A DNA stretch of 64,000 nucleotides from an uncultured virus (IMG/VR IMGVR_UViG_3300037515_000764) (taxonomy: Duplodnaviria > Heunggongvirae > Uroviricota > Caudoviricetes): IMG/VR virus record IMGVR_UViG_3300037515_000764. One strand, given 5' to 3'. Made by a program: the position numbers and the translations under genes. The notes beneath the pieces are model-generated. The model saw only the letters and a program-made list of their open reading frames with translations. It searched no databases and had not been told where the DNA came from. Below, piece after piece: positions 54,001-62,627 of this stretch. Each line of letters begins with the position of its first letter. Positions within the stretch are counted from its first letter, which is position 1.

Positions 54001-55831
54001 ATCTGTCTACTGAAACACCGCGAAATGTAAAAGCATCAGAAGCAGATGTTTTGAATAGTAAGACCGTTTTTGTTAATTCTTTTAATTTCTGGTCGAAGTT
54101 TTCTAATTCTACAGTAGTTCCTTTTTCGAGAATATTAAAATCGAAGTTTTGTCCACCCAGAATATTTTTTACTCTATTCAAACCAGCAGTTAAAGCAGAA
54201 ACTATTACATTTATAAAAGAATCTTCGCCCGTGAAAAGACTTTTTATTTGTCTAGCTAAAAACTTAAAAGTTGTTATTAAACCCTGAAAAGCTAATTTCG
54301 CTGCTGGAATAACCAAACGAGTAAATGCAGTACCTAATGCTTTAGCAAAACCAGTTGCAAAGCTTAAAGCTATTTCAAAGTTACTTCGTGCAAAAGAACC
54401 TTTAGCAGACTTAGTTATAACGTCAAAAATTCTCGGCAAATCTCTTTGTAAATCGTTGCCTATTTGACCTAAATTACCCGTTGAAAGTTTTTCTAATCTC
54501 TCTAAGGCTTTGGCTAAATTGTCGATACCAACAGAGAACTTTCTAAATTCATCTACATCTGGTATATCTTTTAATATTTTACTTATGCCAGAAACAAAGA
54601 CTCTTAATGCGGGAATTAGTTTATTGTTAACATCTGCTGCAAATTTATTAATTGTAGATATTTGTACAGAACCACCAGTTCCAAAAATTCCAGAAAAGAG
54701 TTTTCCTATAAAGCTCGTTCTTTCGTTTCTATTAACCGTAGTAAAAGTATCTGTTTGGTCTGTAATTGTGGCAACAGATTGAATGAAACGGGGCAAGAAG
54801 TTTCCAAGTACCGATAGACTCTGTGAAACAGAATTCAATCTTTCCGGTGATATTTTAACAGACTCAAATGCGTTTATAGAATTCGCTAATTGTTGAAAAA
54901 TTAGAGGGAGATTCTTAAGAGCACCTGTTATCTCCAAGGCTCTTTTGCCAAATAGAATAAATCTTTTTGCTCCCGTTGCAGAAACGGATTGCTCTAATAT
55001 AGTAATAATATTAGGTAGTGTTTTAAAGAAAGTTCCCAGACCGGCAAATGTTTCACCGATTTCGCGTAAACCTCTTACATCAGGTATAGATTCAAATCTT
55101 TTAAGAGATTTAACTAATACTCTTATAACAGCATCGAAACCTTCGAAATCCTTAACGAAATCCCTAAAACCCGAAACTTCCAAATCGGCTTTTTTAGCTA
55201 CATCTTGAAATTTTCTGAAAGTTTCTATTATTTTAGAAATAGCCGTTAAAGCTTCTGCTGAATTTCTGATAACTTGAGTATCTGCAATTTTATCAAAGCT
55301 GGCAAGAGACGAAGCTAATATCGGAACTACTTTTTGCATCTCTTTTGCTATCATTGAAACAAAAACTAATGCCTCACCAAAACCTTGATTGAAATCACTA
55401 CTTATTTCATTTTTAATTCCCTTTGATAACTCGAAAAAAGAATTAAAGAAACCACTAAACGAATTTAAGAACTGAGATAAATTTCTGAATAAATCTTCTC
55501 TGCCAATAACAGATAATCTATTGATTGAATCTACAATTGCATCGGCAAATTTTGTTAAGCCAGAAAAATCTTCGGTATTAAATTTAGTAAAGTTTTTTAA
55601 ATCGATATCGAAAGAATTAAATAAGTTTTTAAAATTAGTTGTAGCGACACTAGAAATCTTTGAAATTCTTGCTAATTTTTGTTCAAAAGCATCGAAAGCC
55701 TTATCTGCTCTCTGTAAAGTCCCATCTAAGTTTGCAATTAAAGGTTCCAATTTTTCAACTTGGTCTATAAATTCAGTTAGACCAGTTATACGAATCTCAA
55801 AACCACCTGATGCAGTTGGGTTATCTGCCAT
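48089..55831 (-). CDS. Tape measure protein with TP901-type core and internal LysM domain
   Basis: 2580 aa helical; GIDGARAGTALR core; TM segments; LysM IKSGDTLSQLA..LNPQIEDPNLI; C-terminal RADGG. Confidence 0.92.
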   Translation of the reverse strand: MADNPTASGGFEIRITGLTEFIDQVEKLEPLIANLDGTLQRADKAFDAFEQKLARISKISSVATTNFKNLFNSFDIDLKNFTKFNTEDFSGLTKFADAIVDSINRLSVIGREDLFRNLSQFLNSFSGFFNSFFELSKGIKNEISSDFNQGFGEALVFVSMIAKEMQKVVPILASSLASFDKIADTQVIRNSAEALTAISKIIETFRKFQDVAKKADLEVSGFRDFVKDFEGFDAVIRVLVKSLKRFESIPDVRGLREIGETFAGLGTFFKTLPNIITILEQSVSATGAKRFILFGKRALEITGALKNLPLIFQQLANSINAFESVKISPERLNSVSQSLSVLGNFLPRFIQSVATITDQTDTFTTVNRNERTSFIGKLFSGIFGTGGSVQISTINKFAADVNNKLIPALRVFVSGISKILKDIPDVDEFRKFSVGIDNLAKALERLEKLSTGNLGQIGNDLQRDLPRIFDVITKSAKGSFARSNFEIALSFATGFAKALGTAFTRLVIPAAKLAFQGLITTFKFLARQIKSLFTGEDSFINVIVSALTAGLNRVKNILGGQNFDFNILEKGTTVELENFDQKLKELTKTVLLFKTSASDAFTFRGVSVDRFNSELDETNTELKQVSVSAQKTAISIEQITKPQLGGGFDALSRKADTAVVSLKQLEKIKLDGLEDELLGLRKTAKTLDFDFLVGEFKQIRQSIADGFSFKDLGTQLATSGKNIANAFINSVKQTLGIASPSRVMASIARLTATGFTDTILGFTTLFGGLGETLAEAFTTAFEKPFKFLIENTLGRLDDAIRFFTTQASRRLRETGRDLLNFGRDISRLGTQLIATGGLFSLLQGKQLNEFANFDALISQIQVFGGATVSEIKLIEESILDLGTNSAFVPVEIAAGFLELQKAGLSLADSQLALKDVLDLATAGQIELGSTSELVIQIMNGFGLEVENTTQIVNTLTGAADISVSSIESVGQALSFVAPIASAAGFSLEDVSAAVAFLADRGIDGARAGTALRSVFSSLINPTNEARKFLDLYNIGLTDAEGNTKSFEDVMSQFIPVLENFRKEGLSDVEIIEQLSALGDQRAIAGFLNLIETTDDGTLAFAEYRQSLDDALTAEEAALAIGESLRGTFNQITSAAQALTFKALRPLVDFALHPLLKAVAELLKFLGNLPDEFLAISAAIGALVAIVTTLSGVFLLLSGILLQQIGVGIIAASFAFSALIFVITNPAGLIAAVVALGGGLLVLAGIFAAFATGAAVAFTAVIAIINDFRNNTEEIRKSGERLGQAFNELSKVTQPLINSFLQLIAAVIGVSDVFNGAEGSESIIAGVIDRITEKVKGLTKTFQELQLFFEFLQLQIQEPQIDIPLIEDSDRKALLERRDELVAINDELKKLQSQRDFQIKFGADTTEVDAKIAEITDSVEGFGQSTETITIKSGDTLSQLAIDLGTTVDELLKLNPQIEDPNLIFTGDELIVDVTGDFTDLDAEIADLNEELLDFPIDTKLNQIERNKLLSEADRNSRLVRNIIESRFAETDLFKFLFGEGDDAIDRAVNFATVLVDTFNQVKASFLGITEGVRQIFSGDVRAGFRNIELAISQIILQFDKLFSNLFGDGFLSENITDKLSEGNLSGALFVAFRDMFTNFIDLLVDNRSVFSDAIGFIVEQIFNNSFANLPIILGQILGIDAIKEIGTLLSEIGNVLGVGVGSAVENAIGVLGGDIDFGTALTNIANDLSNALSENPELSDALKELEEIFDFVGITENATKIAEELEKAFGSQEFKDLITNVGNLVIEVGKLIGILAVGVLAVAFETIAFAVQGLIPLFEGLNRIIAPLTQNLSTINTELVKVAENDDLKTGILGLALAFTALGIAINFAAISAFVVAAIALAPLILAIGLIAGFALLLADNAPEVSKLIEEFGGFINSLIALGSGAGDLASVFESLEDFIVAAGELSTDVGASFLEFIKEVLLLLGVSDTDLTFLDDMIFFLDALDSDEIRGALQGFKNLVNDFVDFLPAFFLRLQIAFLKASITLAPVMEDFINTISSPFRFLEGLSQEALDFLGIDFKLPDLELDIDTTLEEERLAELERQLQEIPFQEILEDALEEGLTGDLNFDALLSRLSEDADLASFFRENLFNLSEADKLQLAKDLDVTKDEIDALVAELLDFSENTEILEGLTTDLPNFLANALFGIDFLQLDPETLADLIPEGLGQFFLDQINDSLTDENATFSETDLDFIGLFLEQISTEGVEIPQETLNTFEELGGQIPQSFIDGANEADLDEFTRQVGAGAAEGFSGGFEEGLTEGDLEFFSDLKVQENIDKFKQFGRDLSAGTNEGLTEGEESARQSSTALFETYRSAFQTIAGIFSPSTVFQGFGRDIVNGLVLGITENLPLFDFSLALVEQRLDRTNEIVNLFALIVQDSFGRAANAMVSASAIMQNSLASIEGQLISLVANLDATIGTINLLNDSLGGIGGGSIPPLLPFGGGRADGGYVSKNTVFQVNERNQPELLTTASGDQFLIPNENGFITPVSNTSSITNNRNTTEVSFGDIHLNIPPEVTNVSPDVVRNALDSWVRDNPPQIRNRNFN

Positions 55832-55846
55832 ATTTTACCTCCTTCC

Positions 55847-56395
55847 TTATTTGATAATACTAACAGTTATGTTAGTCAAACCAGCAATACCGTTCTGTTG
55901 CAAATCACTATTTATTTCGTCTTGGACAACCTGAGTGAAATTACGTGCTTTCATACCTTTTCTTGTTTGTCCGGCACGTATCCACGTTGTAGCTTGAACT
56001 TCACCAGCAGGTTTAATATTAAAAGTACCAGAAGATGTTCTATCCGGTTTCCGAATATCAAAATAGGGTGAATTCTTTGTGAAAACAGTATCACTAGTGC
56101 CTTCGTCTAACCATTTATAAAGTCTATGAGGGTCTTTAGTTCCAGCAACCACAACGGCAAATTTAATTACGATTTCTATTTGTTTTCCGACAATTTTAAA
56201 GTCGAAATCTAAATCTAATTCTGGTTCGCCGAATTGTTCTTTATTTACTATTTGAAATATCTCTGAATAAAAACCCTCAAAACGACTTTTCAAGTTTCTT
56301 CTGATAGTTTCTTTTTGTTCTTCATTTAGAGAAGCAACAACAAATCTATCTTTTATTTTCCTAAAACTGCTAAGAATACTTTTATATTTAGCCAC
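55847..56395 (-). CDS. Tail completion/neck protein (HK97 gp10-like)
   Basis: YKWLDEGT and GMKARNF motifs. Confidence 0.55.
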   Translation of the reverse strand: MAKYKSILSSFRKIKDRFVVASLNEEQKETIRRNLKSRFEGFYSEIFQIVNKEQFGEPELDLDFDFKIVGKQIEIVIKFAVVVAGTKDPHRLYKWLDEGTSDTVFTKNSPYFDIRKPDRTSSGTFNIKPAGEVQATTWIRAGQTRKGMKARNFTQVVQDEINSDLQQNGIAGLTNITVSIIK

Positions 56396-56756
56396 TATTC
56401 TTAGCCTTTCTTACTTCTTCTTTTTGCAATTGCGCGTGTCTATCTAAAATTGATAACATATTCTTAATTTGATAAATAGTTACCCATTTAGCTTGTTCCT
56501 CTAAAGATAGACTATCCCAAATTTCTGTTAAATTCATATCCAAAGCCGCCCTTAGAACAACATATTCAGTCGGGGATTTTGTTATTTTAACATCGCCAAA
56601 AAGTTTGGCTGTATATTCAGGGCTATGAGAGGCGAAATACATAACAGCATCGTAACGAGTTTTTAAATCATATTCGTCGTAAGCATACTCGACTGTTGGC
56701 TGTAAACGCCTCATCCAAATCATCATCCAATCGTTAAGACTGAAAGTTGTTATCAT
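56388..56756 (-). CDS. Putative tail assembly chaperone (second ORF)
   Basis: Between tail tube and tape measure; WDSLSLEEQAKW pattern. Confidence 0.5.
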   Translation of the reverse strand: MITTFSLNDWMMIWMRRLQPTVEYAYDEYDLKTRYDAVMYFASHSPEYTAKLFGDVKITKSPTEYVVLRAALDMNLTEIWDSLSLEEQAKWVTIYQIKNMLSILDRHAQLQKEEVRKAKNSG

Positions 56757-57348
56757 CTACGCTATCAAGCGCCCCTGCTAAAATCTTGCTAAAAAGCTGA
56801 GAAGCTAATAACTGTATTTCATTTCCAAATTGGGGGTTGTCATTGGTTAGTGTTTCAATAACTGCTAATTTGCGTTCAAGTGGGTGGAATCTATTTAAAC
56901 TTGGAAGAGGGGGTAAAAGATTTTCAATTCTTCGCGAATTAGCCTGTTTTCTATCCCAAAAATTATCAGGGATTTTAACTTCTATTTCTTCGTTTGTAAA
57001 TTCTATACTTTTTGATTTAAAATTAGAATTTAAAAGTGCAAGAATAAAAGCTTGACCTCGTGTTTCGCGTTCAAATCTTTCGTGTTCGTTTCTAACAATA
57101 GTTATTAAACCATCGACAAGTTCTTCTGTAGCTGCGGGGGATTCATCGGCTAAACCGTTCTCTTTGGCATAGGCCGCTAAAAGTATAACGTCTCGGTGTG
57201 CAGCATTAATGTTTGAGGTGATATCTCTTGAGGAAAGTAGTGCATCTGAAAAATCTGTGAATAATTTTCCAGTCTTTTCATTCAGAGATAAGATTAATGA
57301 CCCTCCTCCATCAAGTACCAATTCCTTTTTGATATTTATGGAAGCCAT
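56734..57348 (-). CDS. Putative tail assembly chaperone
   Basis: Directly after the tail tube gene; AAGGAG RBS. Confidence 0.5.
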   Translation of the reverse strand: MASINIKKELVLDGGGSLILSLNEKTGKLFTDFSDALLSSRDITSNINAAHRDVILLAAYAKENGLADESPAATEELVDGLITIVRNEHERFERETRGQAFILALLNSNFKSKSIEFTNEEIEVKIPDNFWDRKQANSRRIENLLPPLPSLNRFHPLERKLAVIETLTNDNPQFGNEIQLLASQLFSKILAGALDSVDDNNFQS

Positions 57349-57408
57349 TAAAAATTTCTCCTTGTTAGTTTGCCCCGCTTTTACACGGGGCTATTAGTTA
57401 ATTAATTA

Positions 57409-58875
57409 TTAAGCGTTGGGGAATCTTGGTGAAGCAATAACGAGTTCGCCTGCATCAGTACCGGCAACAATCCAAAAACGTTGCAAAGAGGTATCAATGC
57501 CTTGAATGTCTGTGTAATCACCTGCAATAGTCGTTGAACCATCACGGGCAACAACTTCTTTCCATTGTCGCGAAGAACAAGGGTCGGAACGGTAAATAGA
57601 ACTACCAATAGCGGCATAAACTTCATAAGCATCACCTGCAAGGTAAGTATCGCCAGAAGCAGGCAACAGACGGTCACTCCAAATTGAGAAATCATCTGAT
57701 TCAGTATAGAAGTTAACACCAGCAACAGCAACCCAATTATCGCGGCTATGAATGTCAGTAATAGCTTGAGCAGCAGCAGTTGAAACACTAGCAGTAATAT
57801 CAATAATAACTTGGATATTGCTGTTGTAAGTTAAAACTACACCCGCACCGCCATCAACACCACCAATTAAGAAGATACTTTGGTCTTCAAAATATTCGAT
57901 AGTATAGAAATCAGCAGTAGCTGCAACAGTATTTGATACAGCAGTGAAAGAAGCAAGCGTATTACTTTGAGCAATATTACCGTCAGAACCAACAGCAACA
58001 TAAGTACCACCTGCAAAAGCCACATCAAAGAAAGCTTCAACGGGAGCATTGCCAGCGGTTGAAAGGTCGGTAAATGTAGTACCAGCATCAGCCGAAACAG
58101 CAATACCACCAGTTGTAGCGGTAGCGGGGTCTACATCATCAGCATAAGTAATAACAATGTTGTTACCATTAACTAAAATATCAGTAACGATTGACAAAGC
58201 AGGCAATGTTGGTGACAAATCTGTACCGCTAACGAAACGGTCAGTCGTAATTTCTAAGTTAAGAGCTTCCCCGCCATAATAGCCGTCCAAGAATCGAACG
58301 GAAGTACAACCAACACATTCTTCTTCTGCCCAAGCAACTGCATGAACGGCATCTTCATTAGTTTGAGCTAAAACGAAATCTGTGTAGTAGTAAGTTAAAT
58401 CTTGGCCTGTTGCCGAAAGGGTCGTTTGGGCTGTTAATGGAGTACCACCACCGTCAGCACCTTCAACAAAAGTACCTTGACGTTGCAAAGAACCTACCGT
58501 AAAATCGGGAATTCTAACAAAGTGATTATATTCGGTACGTTGCGGACACAGATAACAAAGAATCAAATCGCGTCTACATTCGCTTTCGGATAAAACCTGA
58601 ATTTCATTCCAAAGCGTATAACCTTGCGGAATTGTTAATGTCCAGTCAACCTTTTGCACTCTTGCGCCACGCAATGTAATTGTAACAGGTACGAGTTGAC
58701 CGCCTCTAAATTCGACGCAATTAACTTCGATTGGGTCTGATAACGTATAATCTGCATCAGAAAGGGTATAACAGCGCAAATCAATTAAGTCGTCATATGA
58801 ATGTTCAGCACTCATTAACATATGATAACTAAAAGTGTGAAGCGCCGGCCCCCATAATTTTTGAGTTTTTGCCAT
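57409..58875 (-). CDS. Major tail (tube) protein with C-terminal beta-propeller-like extension
   Basis: Position; SADAGTTF BNR-like and YVAVGSDG repeats; followed by GCCCCG/CGGGGC hairpin. Confidence 0.6.
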   Translation of the reverse strand: MAKTQKLWGPALHTFSYHMLMSAEHSYDDLIDLRCYTLSDADYTLSDPIEVNCVEFRGGQLVPVTITLRGARVQKVDWTLTIPQGYTLWNEIQVLSESECRRDLILCYLCPQRTEYNHFVRIPDFTVGSLQRQGTFVEGADGGGTPLTAQTTLSATGQDLTYYYTDFVLAQTNEDAVHAVAWAEEECVGCTSVRFLDGYYGGEALNLEITTDRFVSGTDLSPTLPALSIVTDILVNGNNIVITYADDVDPATATTGGIAVSADAGTTFTDLSTAGNAPVEAFFDVAFAGGTYVAVGSDGNIAQSNTLASFTAVSNTVAATADFYTIEYFEDQSIFLIGGVDGGAGVVLTYNSNIQVIIDITASVSTAAAQAITDIHSRDNWVAVAGVNFYTESDDFSIWSDRLLPASGDTYLAGDAYEVYAAIGSSIYRSDPCSSRQWKEVVARDGSTTIAGDYTDIQGIDTSLQRFWIVAGTDAGELVIASPRFPNA

Positions 58876-58888
58876 TTCTTAAATCCTC

Positions 58889-59227
58889 CTAAAATTTAAT
58901 ATAAGTTGCTAATTTGCTTAAAACTCTTTGCGAGATATTTTTTACTAGGCGCGGATTATCTTCTAAATCTTCTAACGAAAAGAAACCGTTTTCCCAATAA
59001 ATATTATTTAAAAGACCTTTATCGAAACCAGCGAAGAAATCTGATACCTTGGGTAGCAACTTATATTCTTCTGAATAAAAATCTCTTTTTCCTTTTGGAG
59101 CTAATCTCAAATCTCCATTATATTCTACAACATCAGTTGTTTTATAGTTAGCTAAAAAAGAAGCTCTAACATCATGTTTCTTTTTTTCTTTAACTACTTC
59201 TTTTAACTCTTTTACTTCTTCTTCCAT
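58889..59227 (-). CDS. Hypothetical protein
   Basis: 112 aa, coupled. Confidence 0.7.
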   Translation of the reverse strand: MEEEVKELKEVVKEKKKHDVRASFLANYKTTDVVEYNGDLRLAPKGKRDFYSEEYKLLPKVSDFFAGFDKGLLNNIYWENGFFSLEDLEDNPRLVKNISQRVLSKLATYIKF

Positions 59228-60465
59228 TAGAAAGCGTAGCCTCCATCTATAATTCTTAAATTACGTATCGCATCCCAAGCCATAATAGCGCCTCTTCTAA
59301 AACCCCATCTATATGTGTTTTGCATATTGGAGGTCATAAAAACAGCCTCTTCGTTATTAACCATGCCAATATTTGGTTGTCTATAAAAGTGTAGCGGACT
59401 ACATTTACAGGAACAATTTTCACATGGTAATAAGGAAGCAGCCAACCAAGAAATTATTTGAGCACATCTAAAATTCATTCTACCGTTAGATTGTCTTGGA
59501 CAACCTGCAATATAATTAATTGTTAATGTTTTATTTGTACAACATGAGCAGGTTCCACAACCACAACAATCAAATGTGTCTGTTTCTTCATCTAATGTCG
59601 CAATTCTGGTCTCAATTAAACTTAATTTTTTGTTAATCGTATTTGCGCAAAAAGATTCTTGGGAAACAGTACAGCAGCCATTATCACATTGATATGAACC
59701 TGTATTAGTCGTATTTAAAGTTTTAGTGTAAATAGTAAAACGAGTTTCATAAAAATCTAAATCTGTTAGCTCTAAAGCACTCGGATTAGGTATTGTAACT
59801 TCATCTGCTTTTACAATTAAAAAAGATTTTCCACATATATTAATTTGGGTATCATCATTTATAAGTGTTGCCGTTATCGGCTTAACTTCCCATTCGAGAC
59901 ATTCATCATTCTGACAATTATTTTGAACATCAGGGTGGTAAACTAAAACTATTTCATTAGGTAAAGTTCCACTTGGCAAATCGCCTACATCAATTACTAA
60001 ATTAAATTCAGAAAGCGGGTCTATATCAACTGGCAATAAATTAACTTCATTTATTACTCTAGTATAAGTATAAGTTCCTAAACTCTGAATATATTTTCCG
60101 CCTAAAGCCACTCTATGAGCGCAGTTGTGACTATAATATTGTTTACTACTATAGCCACTTCCACGTAAGTAATCTCTAAGAATAAATTCTTCTGTAATTT
60201 CTCTTGGAGCGGGATAATAGCCCGTCTCTTCATAGAACATATGTTCTGCCTGATGAATGGCCCGTTGAATATCGTCTCTAGCTAACTCTTGATTTTGCCA
60301 AAGATATTCGTAAAAAACTTCATCACATTCGTTATCATCAGAAAAGATTGGATTGGTATCTGAAGGGTCAACAGAACTTAATTGATGTAGTTGAAAAGGG
60401 TTTAAACCGATTATATGCGCAAATTCAGTTAATGTTAATAAATTGTCACAATAATGGTTAAGCAT
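59227..60465 (-). CDS. Head-tail connector/adaptor-like protein, very Cys-rich
   Basis: Position; LARDDIQRAIHQAE..YYPAP, INYIAG motifs; about 22 Cys. Confidence 0.55.
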   Translation of the reverse strand: MLNHYCDNLLTLTEFAHIIGLNPFQLHQLSSVDPSDTNPIFSDDNECDEVFYEYLWQNQELARDDIQRAIHQAEHMFYEETGYYPAPREITEEFILRDYLRGSGYSSKQYYSHNCAHRVALGGKYIQSLGTYTYTRVINEVNLLPVDIDPLSEFNLVIDVGDLPSGTLPNEIVLVYHPDVQNNCQNDECLEWEVKPITATLINDDTQINICGKSFLIVKADEVTIPNPSALELTDLDFYETRFTIYTKTLNTTNTGSYQCDNGCCTVSQESFCANTINKKLSLIETRIATLDEETDTFDCCGCGTCSCCTNKTLTINYIAGCPRQSNGRMNFRCAQIISWLAASLLPCENCSCKCSPLHFYRQPNIGMVNNEEAVFMTSNMQNTYRWGFRRGAIMAWDAIRNLRIIDGGYAF

Positions 60466-60779
60466 TAATCTAAAGCTTTCTCTTTAAGTATTAGCGAAAG
60501 GCCAGCAATAGATGTGATAAAAAGAATTTTTTCGAAGATATTTTCACCAAGATAAAAGCCAAAGGGAATCGAAACCCAAACTGAATTGCAATAAAAACAG
60601 TTAAAGATTTCAGAAAATCCTTTGTATTTAACGACTGGTAAACCTGCTGGTGTTTCTGCACCTACTAAAATTCTAATCTTTTGAGACAGGTGTAAAAAAC
60701 CATCTTCATAAACTAATAAGTAAGAAATTCTAAAAACAGCAAACGAACTAAGTATGACGTATAAGAAGTTCTCTAGCAT
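60465..60779 (-). CDS. DUF1360-family membrane protein (CxxC)
   Basis: AVFRISYLLVYEDG...FNCFYCNSVWVS. Confidence 0.75.
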   Translation of the reverse strand: MLENFLYVILSSFAVFRISYLLVYEDGFLHLSQKIRILVGAETPAGLPVVKYKGFSEIFNCFYCNSVWVSIPFGFYLGENIFEKILFITSIAGLSLILKEKALD

Positions 60780-61239
60780 TTTCTATTAACCTTTCTGCAG
60801 ATTTTTTTGAAAGAAAATCAAAATTCTCTGCAAGAAATTCAACACCAACTTTAATAACATCTGTTAAACTTTTGATATTTTTTTCCGAAAGTGCAACGGC
60901 TCTAGTCTCTCCAATGCCATCTAGTTTAGAAAGTTCGTCTAAGATTTCACTAATATCTTTTTCATTTTCGAATTCTAATTGCTTTTCGGCGATTCTGAAA
61001 AAATAATAACGTTCATAATCTTCGTAAGAAACTTGTAATGTATCGCCTCGCGAAAAATATCCGTAAGCATGATTATTAGAACCAACTACTTGAACTCTAC
61101 GGGTGTGATTCGGTTGGAAAACTACAGTGACAGTTTCTTTATCTTCTAAACTAGTTAATATCTGTTCCTCTTTCTCTTTAGCTTTTCGCGCAGCTTCTTC
61201 TCTCATTTTTCTTTTTTGAGCACATTTATTGCAACCCAT
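60748..61239 (-). CDS. Helix-hairpin-helix domain protein
   Basis: LSKLDGIGETRA; N-terminal MGCNKC. Confidence 0.7.
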   Translation of the reverse strand: MGCNKCAQKRKMREEAARKAKEKEEQILTSLEDKETVTVVFQPNHTRRVQVVGSNNHAYGYFSRGDTLQVSYEDYERYYFFRIAEKQLEFENEKDISEILDELSKLDGIGETRAVALSEKNIKSLTDVIKVGVEFLAENFDFLSKKSAERLIENARELLIRHT

Positions 61240-61241
61240 TT

Positions 61242-62624
61242 TTAGTCGCCGTACTCGTAACTAAATTGCTTGTCGGGAACCCATTCGTAATTAATAAATT
61301 TGGCAGCCAAGAACGGGGTAAGCAAGAGAACGCGCCATACGATACGACCACACGCCTTCAGACACCACTTAACCAACTCAATAGCCCAGATGTATTTACC
61401 ATCATCAGACCAAAGCAAATCAGCAACGCGACTACCCAAACCAGCTAATTGTTCTGGCAATTGTGACCAGTCCAAATATTCCAAGTAAGTAGCAGGTGCT
61501 CCGCCGTCATAAGTGATTGGCAAAACAACAATTGGTGAAGAAACACTACCATTTGTAACATTGTCATCGGCGATTTCAAGTCCACGAATCGTTGGGTCTG
61601 CTGAGTTCTTAGACAAGGGAATACCTGTATCTAAAACAACGTCATAGCGATTACCATTTAAGAACAAGAATTTATTTTGAAGCATTTGGTTGCGTTCGCG
61701 TCGAAGCTCATTAGCGTCAAAAAAGATTTGTTGTGACATAGCGCTTTCAGAAGAAGGCTCTTCACAGGTGAGTTCTAAACAGCACGACCATTGCTTAGTT
61801 AATTCCCACCAAGTATAGGGGTGCATGAAAATCTTCCAGAAATTGGGCGCACAAGCTTCACCACGAATAGTCCATTCCATTTCGGCGATAAATAATTCGC
61901 GAATCAAATCACAATCGAGCGGTGCATAGGAGCCTTCGGTATCACCATCAATTACTTGACTATCAACGTCAGGGCATAAGGTGATGCCATCAGTATCAGT
62001 ATAACCAGTTGTTACCCAATTGAGCAAACCGAGTGGTTCTTTGTAGCCAGTACCAACATTGTTAGATGAAGTACCCGTCCAAATAGTTCTCGAAAGTTTT
62101 CTATGAAATAGCTTAGCAACACCAACCATTTCAGAACGAATAACGGTGTTAAGCATATTATTTTGGTCAACAGGAGTTTGTAATGCGCCCATATCGCCAA
62201 TTACACGGCAACGCAAACGCAAGTCTCTTGTATCACCGCGACAGGCATTCATAATAATTCGACCAGCTTCAACAGTATTCATGCACCGTTGCAAGTCACC
62301 GAATTCAGCCGTAATTTTACAAGTTTCCCACAAACCAGTTGGTGCATCTTCACACACAGTTTCTGGTTCAAGCGCTTCGGAATCTTCATTGAAACCAGTT
62401 AAAAGACCGAAGATGGGATTTTCATTTACTGTTGCAAAAGCTTCAATTTCTGCTAAAATGCCAAAAGGGTTAACAAGTGCTGAAACAATGTCACGCTCAA
62501 TACAAGCATCAGAAAACAAGCCTGTTGAACCATGAAATAAAGTTGCTTCATTTTCAGACGCTACAGAAATTGTAACATCCTTATTCGCATCTTGCCCAAG
62601 CTGTAAAACAATCTTATCTTTCAT
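61242..62624 (-). CDS. Major capsid protein
   Basis: 460 aa after protease and scaffold; IWTG...YKEPLGL motif of HK97-fold capsids. Confidence 0.8.
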   Translation of the reverse strand: MKDKIVLQLGQDANKDVTISVASENEATLFHGSTGLFSDACIERDIVSALVNPFGILAEIEAFATVNENPIFGLLTGFNEDSEALEPETVCEDAPTGLWETCKITAEFGDLQRCMNTVEAGRIIMNACRGDTRDLRLRCRVIGDMGALQTPVDQNNMLNTVIRSEMVGVAKLFHRKLSRTIWTGTSSNNVGTGYKEPLGLLNWVTTGYTDTDGITLCPDVDSQVIDGDTEGSYAPLDCDLIRELFIAEMEWTIRGEACAPNFWKIFMHPYTWWELTKQWSCCLELTCEEPSSESAMSQQIFFDANELRRERNQMLQNKFLFLNGNRYDVVLDTGIPLSKNSADPTIRGLEIADDNVTNGSVSSPIVVLPITYDGGAPATYLEYLDWSQLPEQLAGLGSRVADLLWSDDGKYIWAIELVKWCLKACGRIVWRVLLLTPFLAAKFINYEWVPDKQFSYEYGD

Positions 62625-62627
62625 TAT

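Noticed and set aside
48465..55934. Many plus-strand ORFs opposite the tape measure
   Set aside because: Antisense shadows with no RBS and S/K/P-rich composition, lying wholly within a clearly real gene.
57402..58109. Leu-rich alternative-frame ORFs inside the tail tube gene
   Set aside because: Off-frame product of codon bias (NNT codons); no initiation signals.
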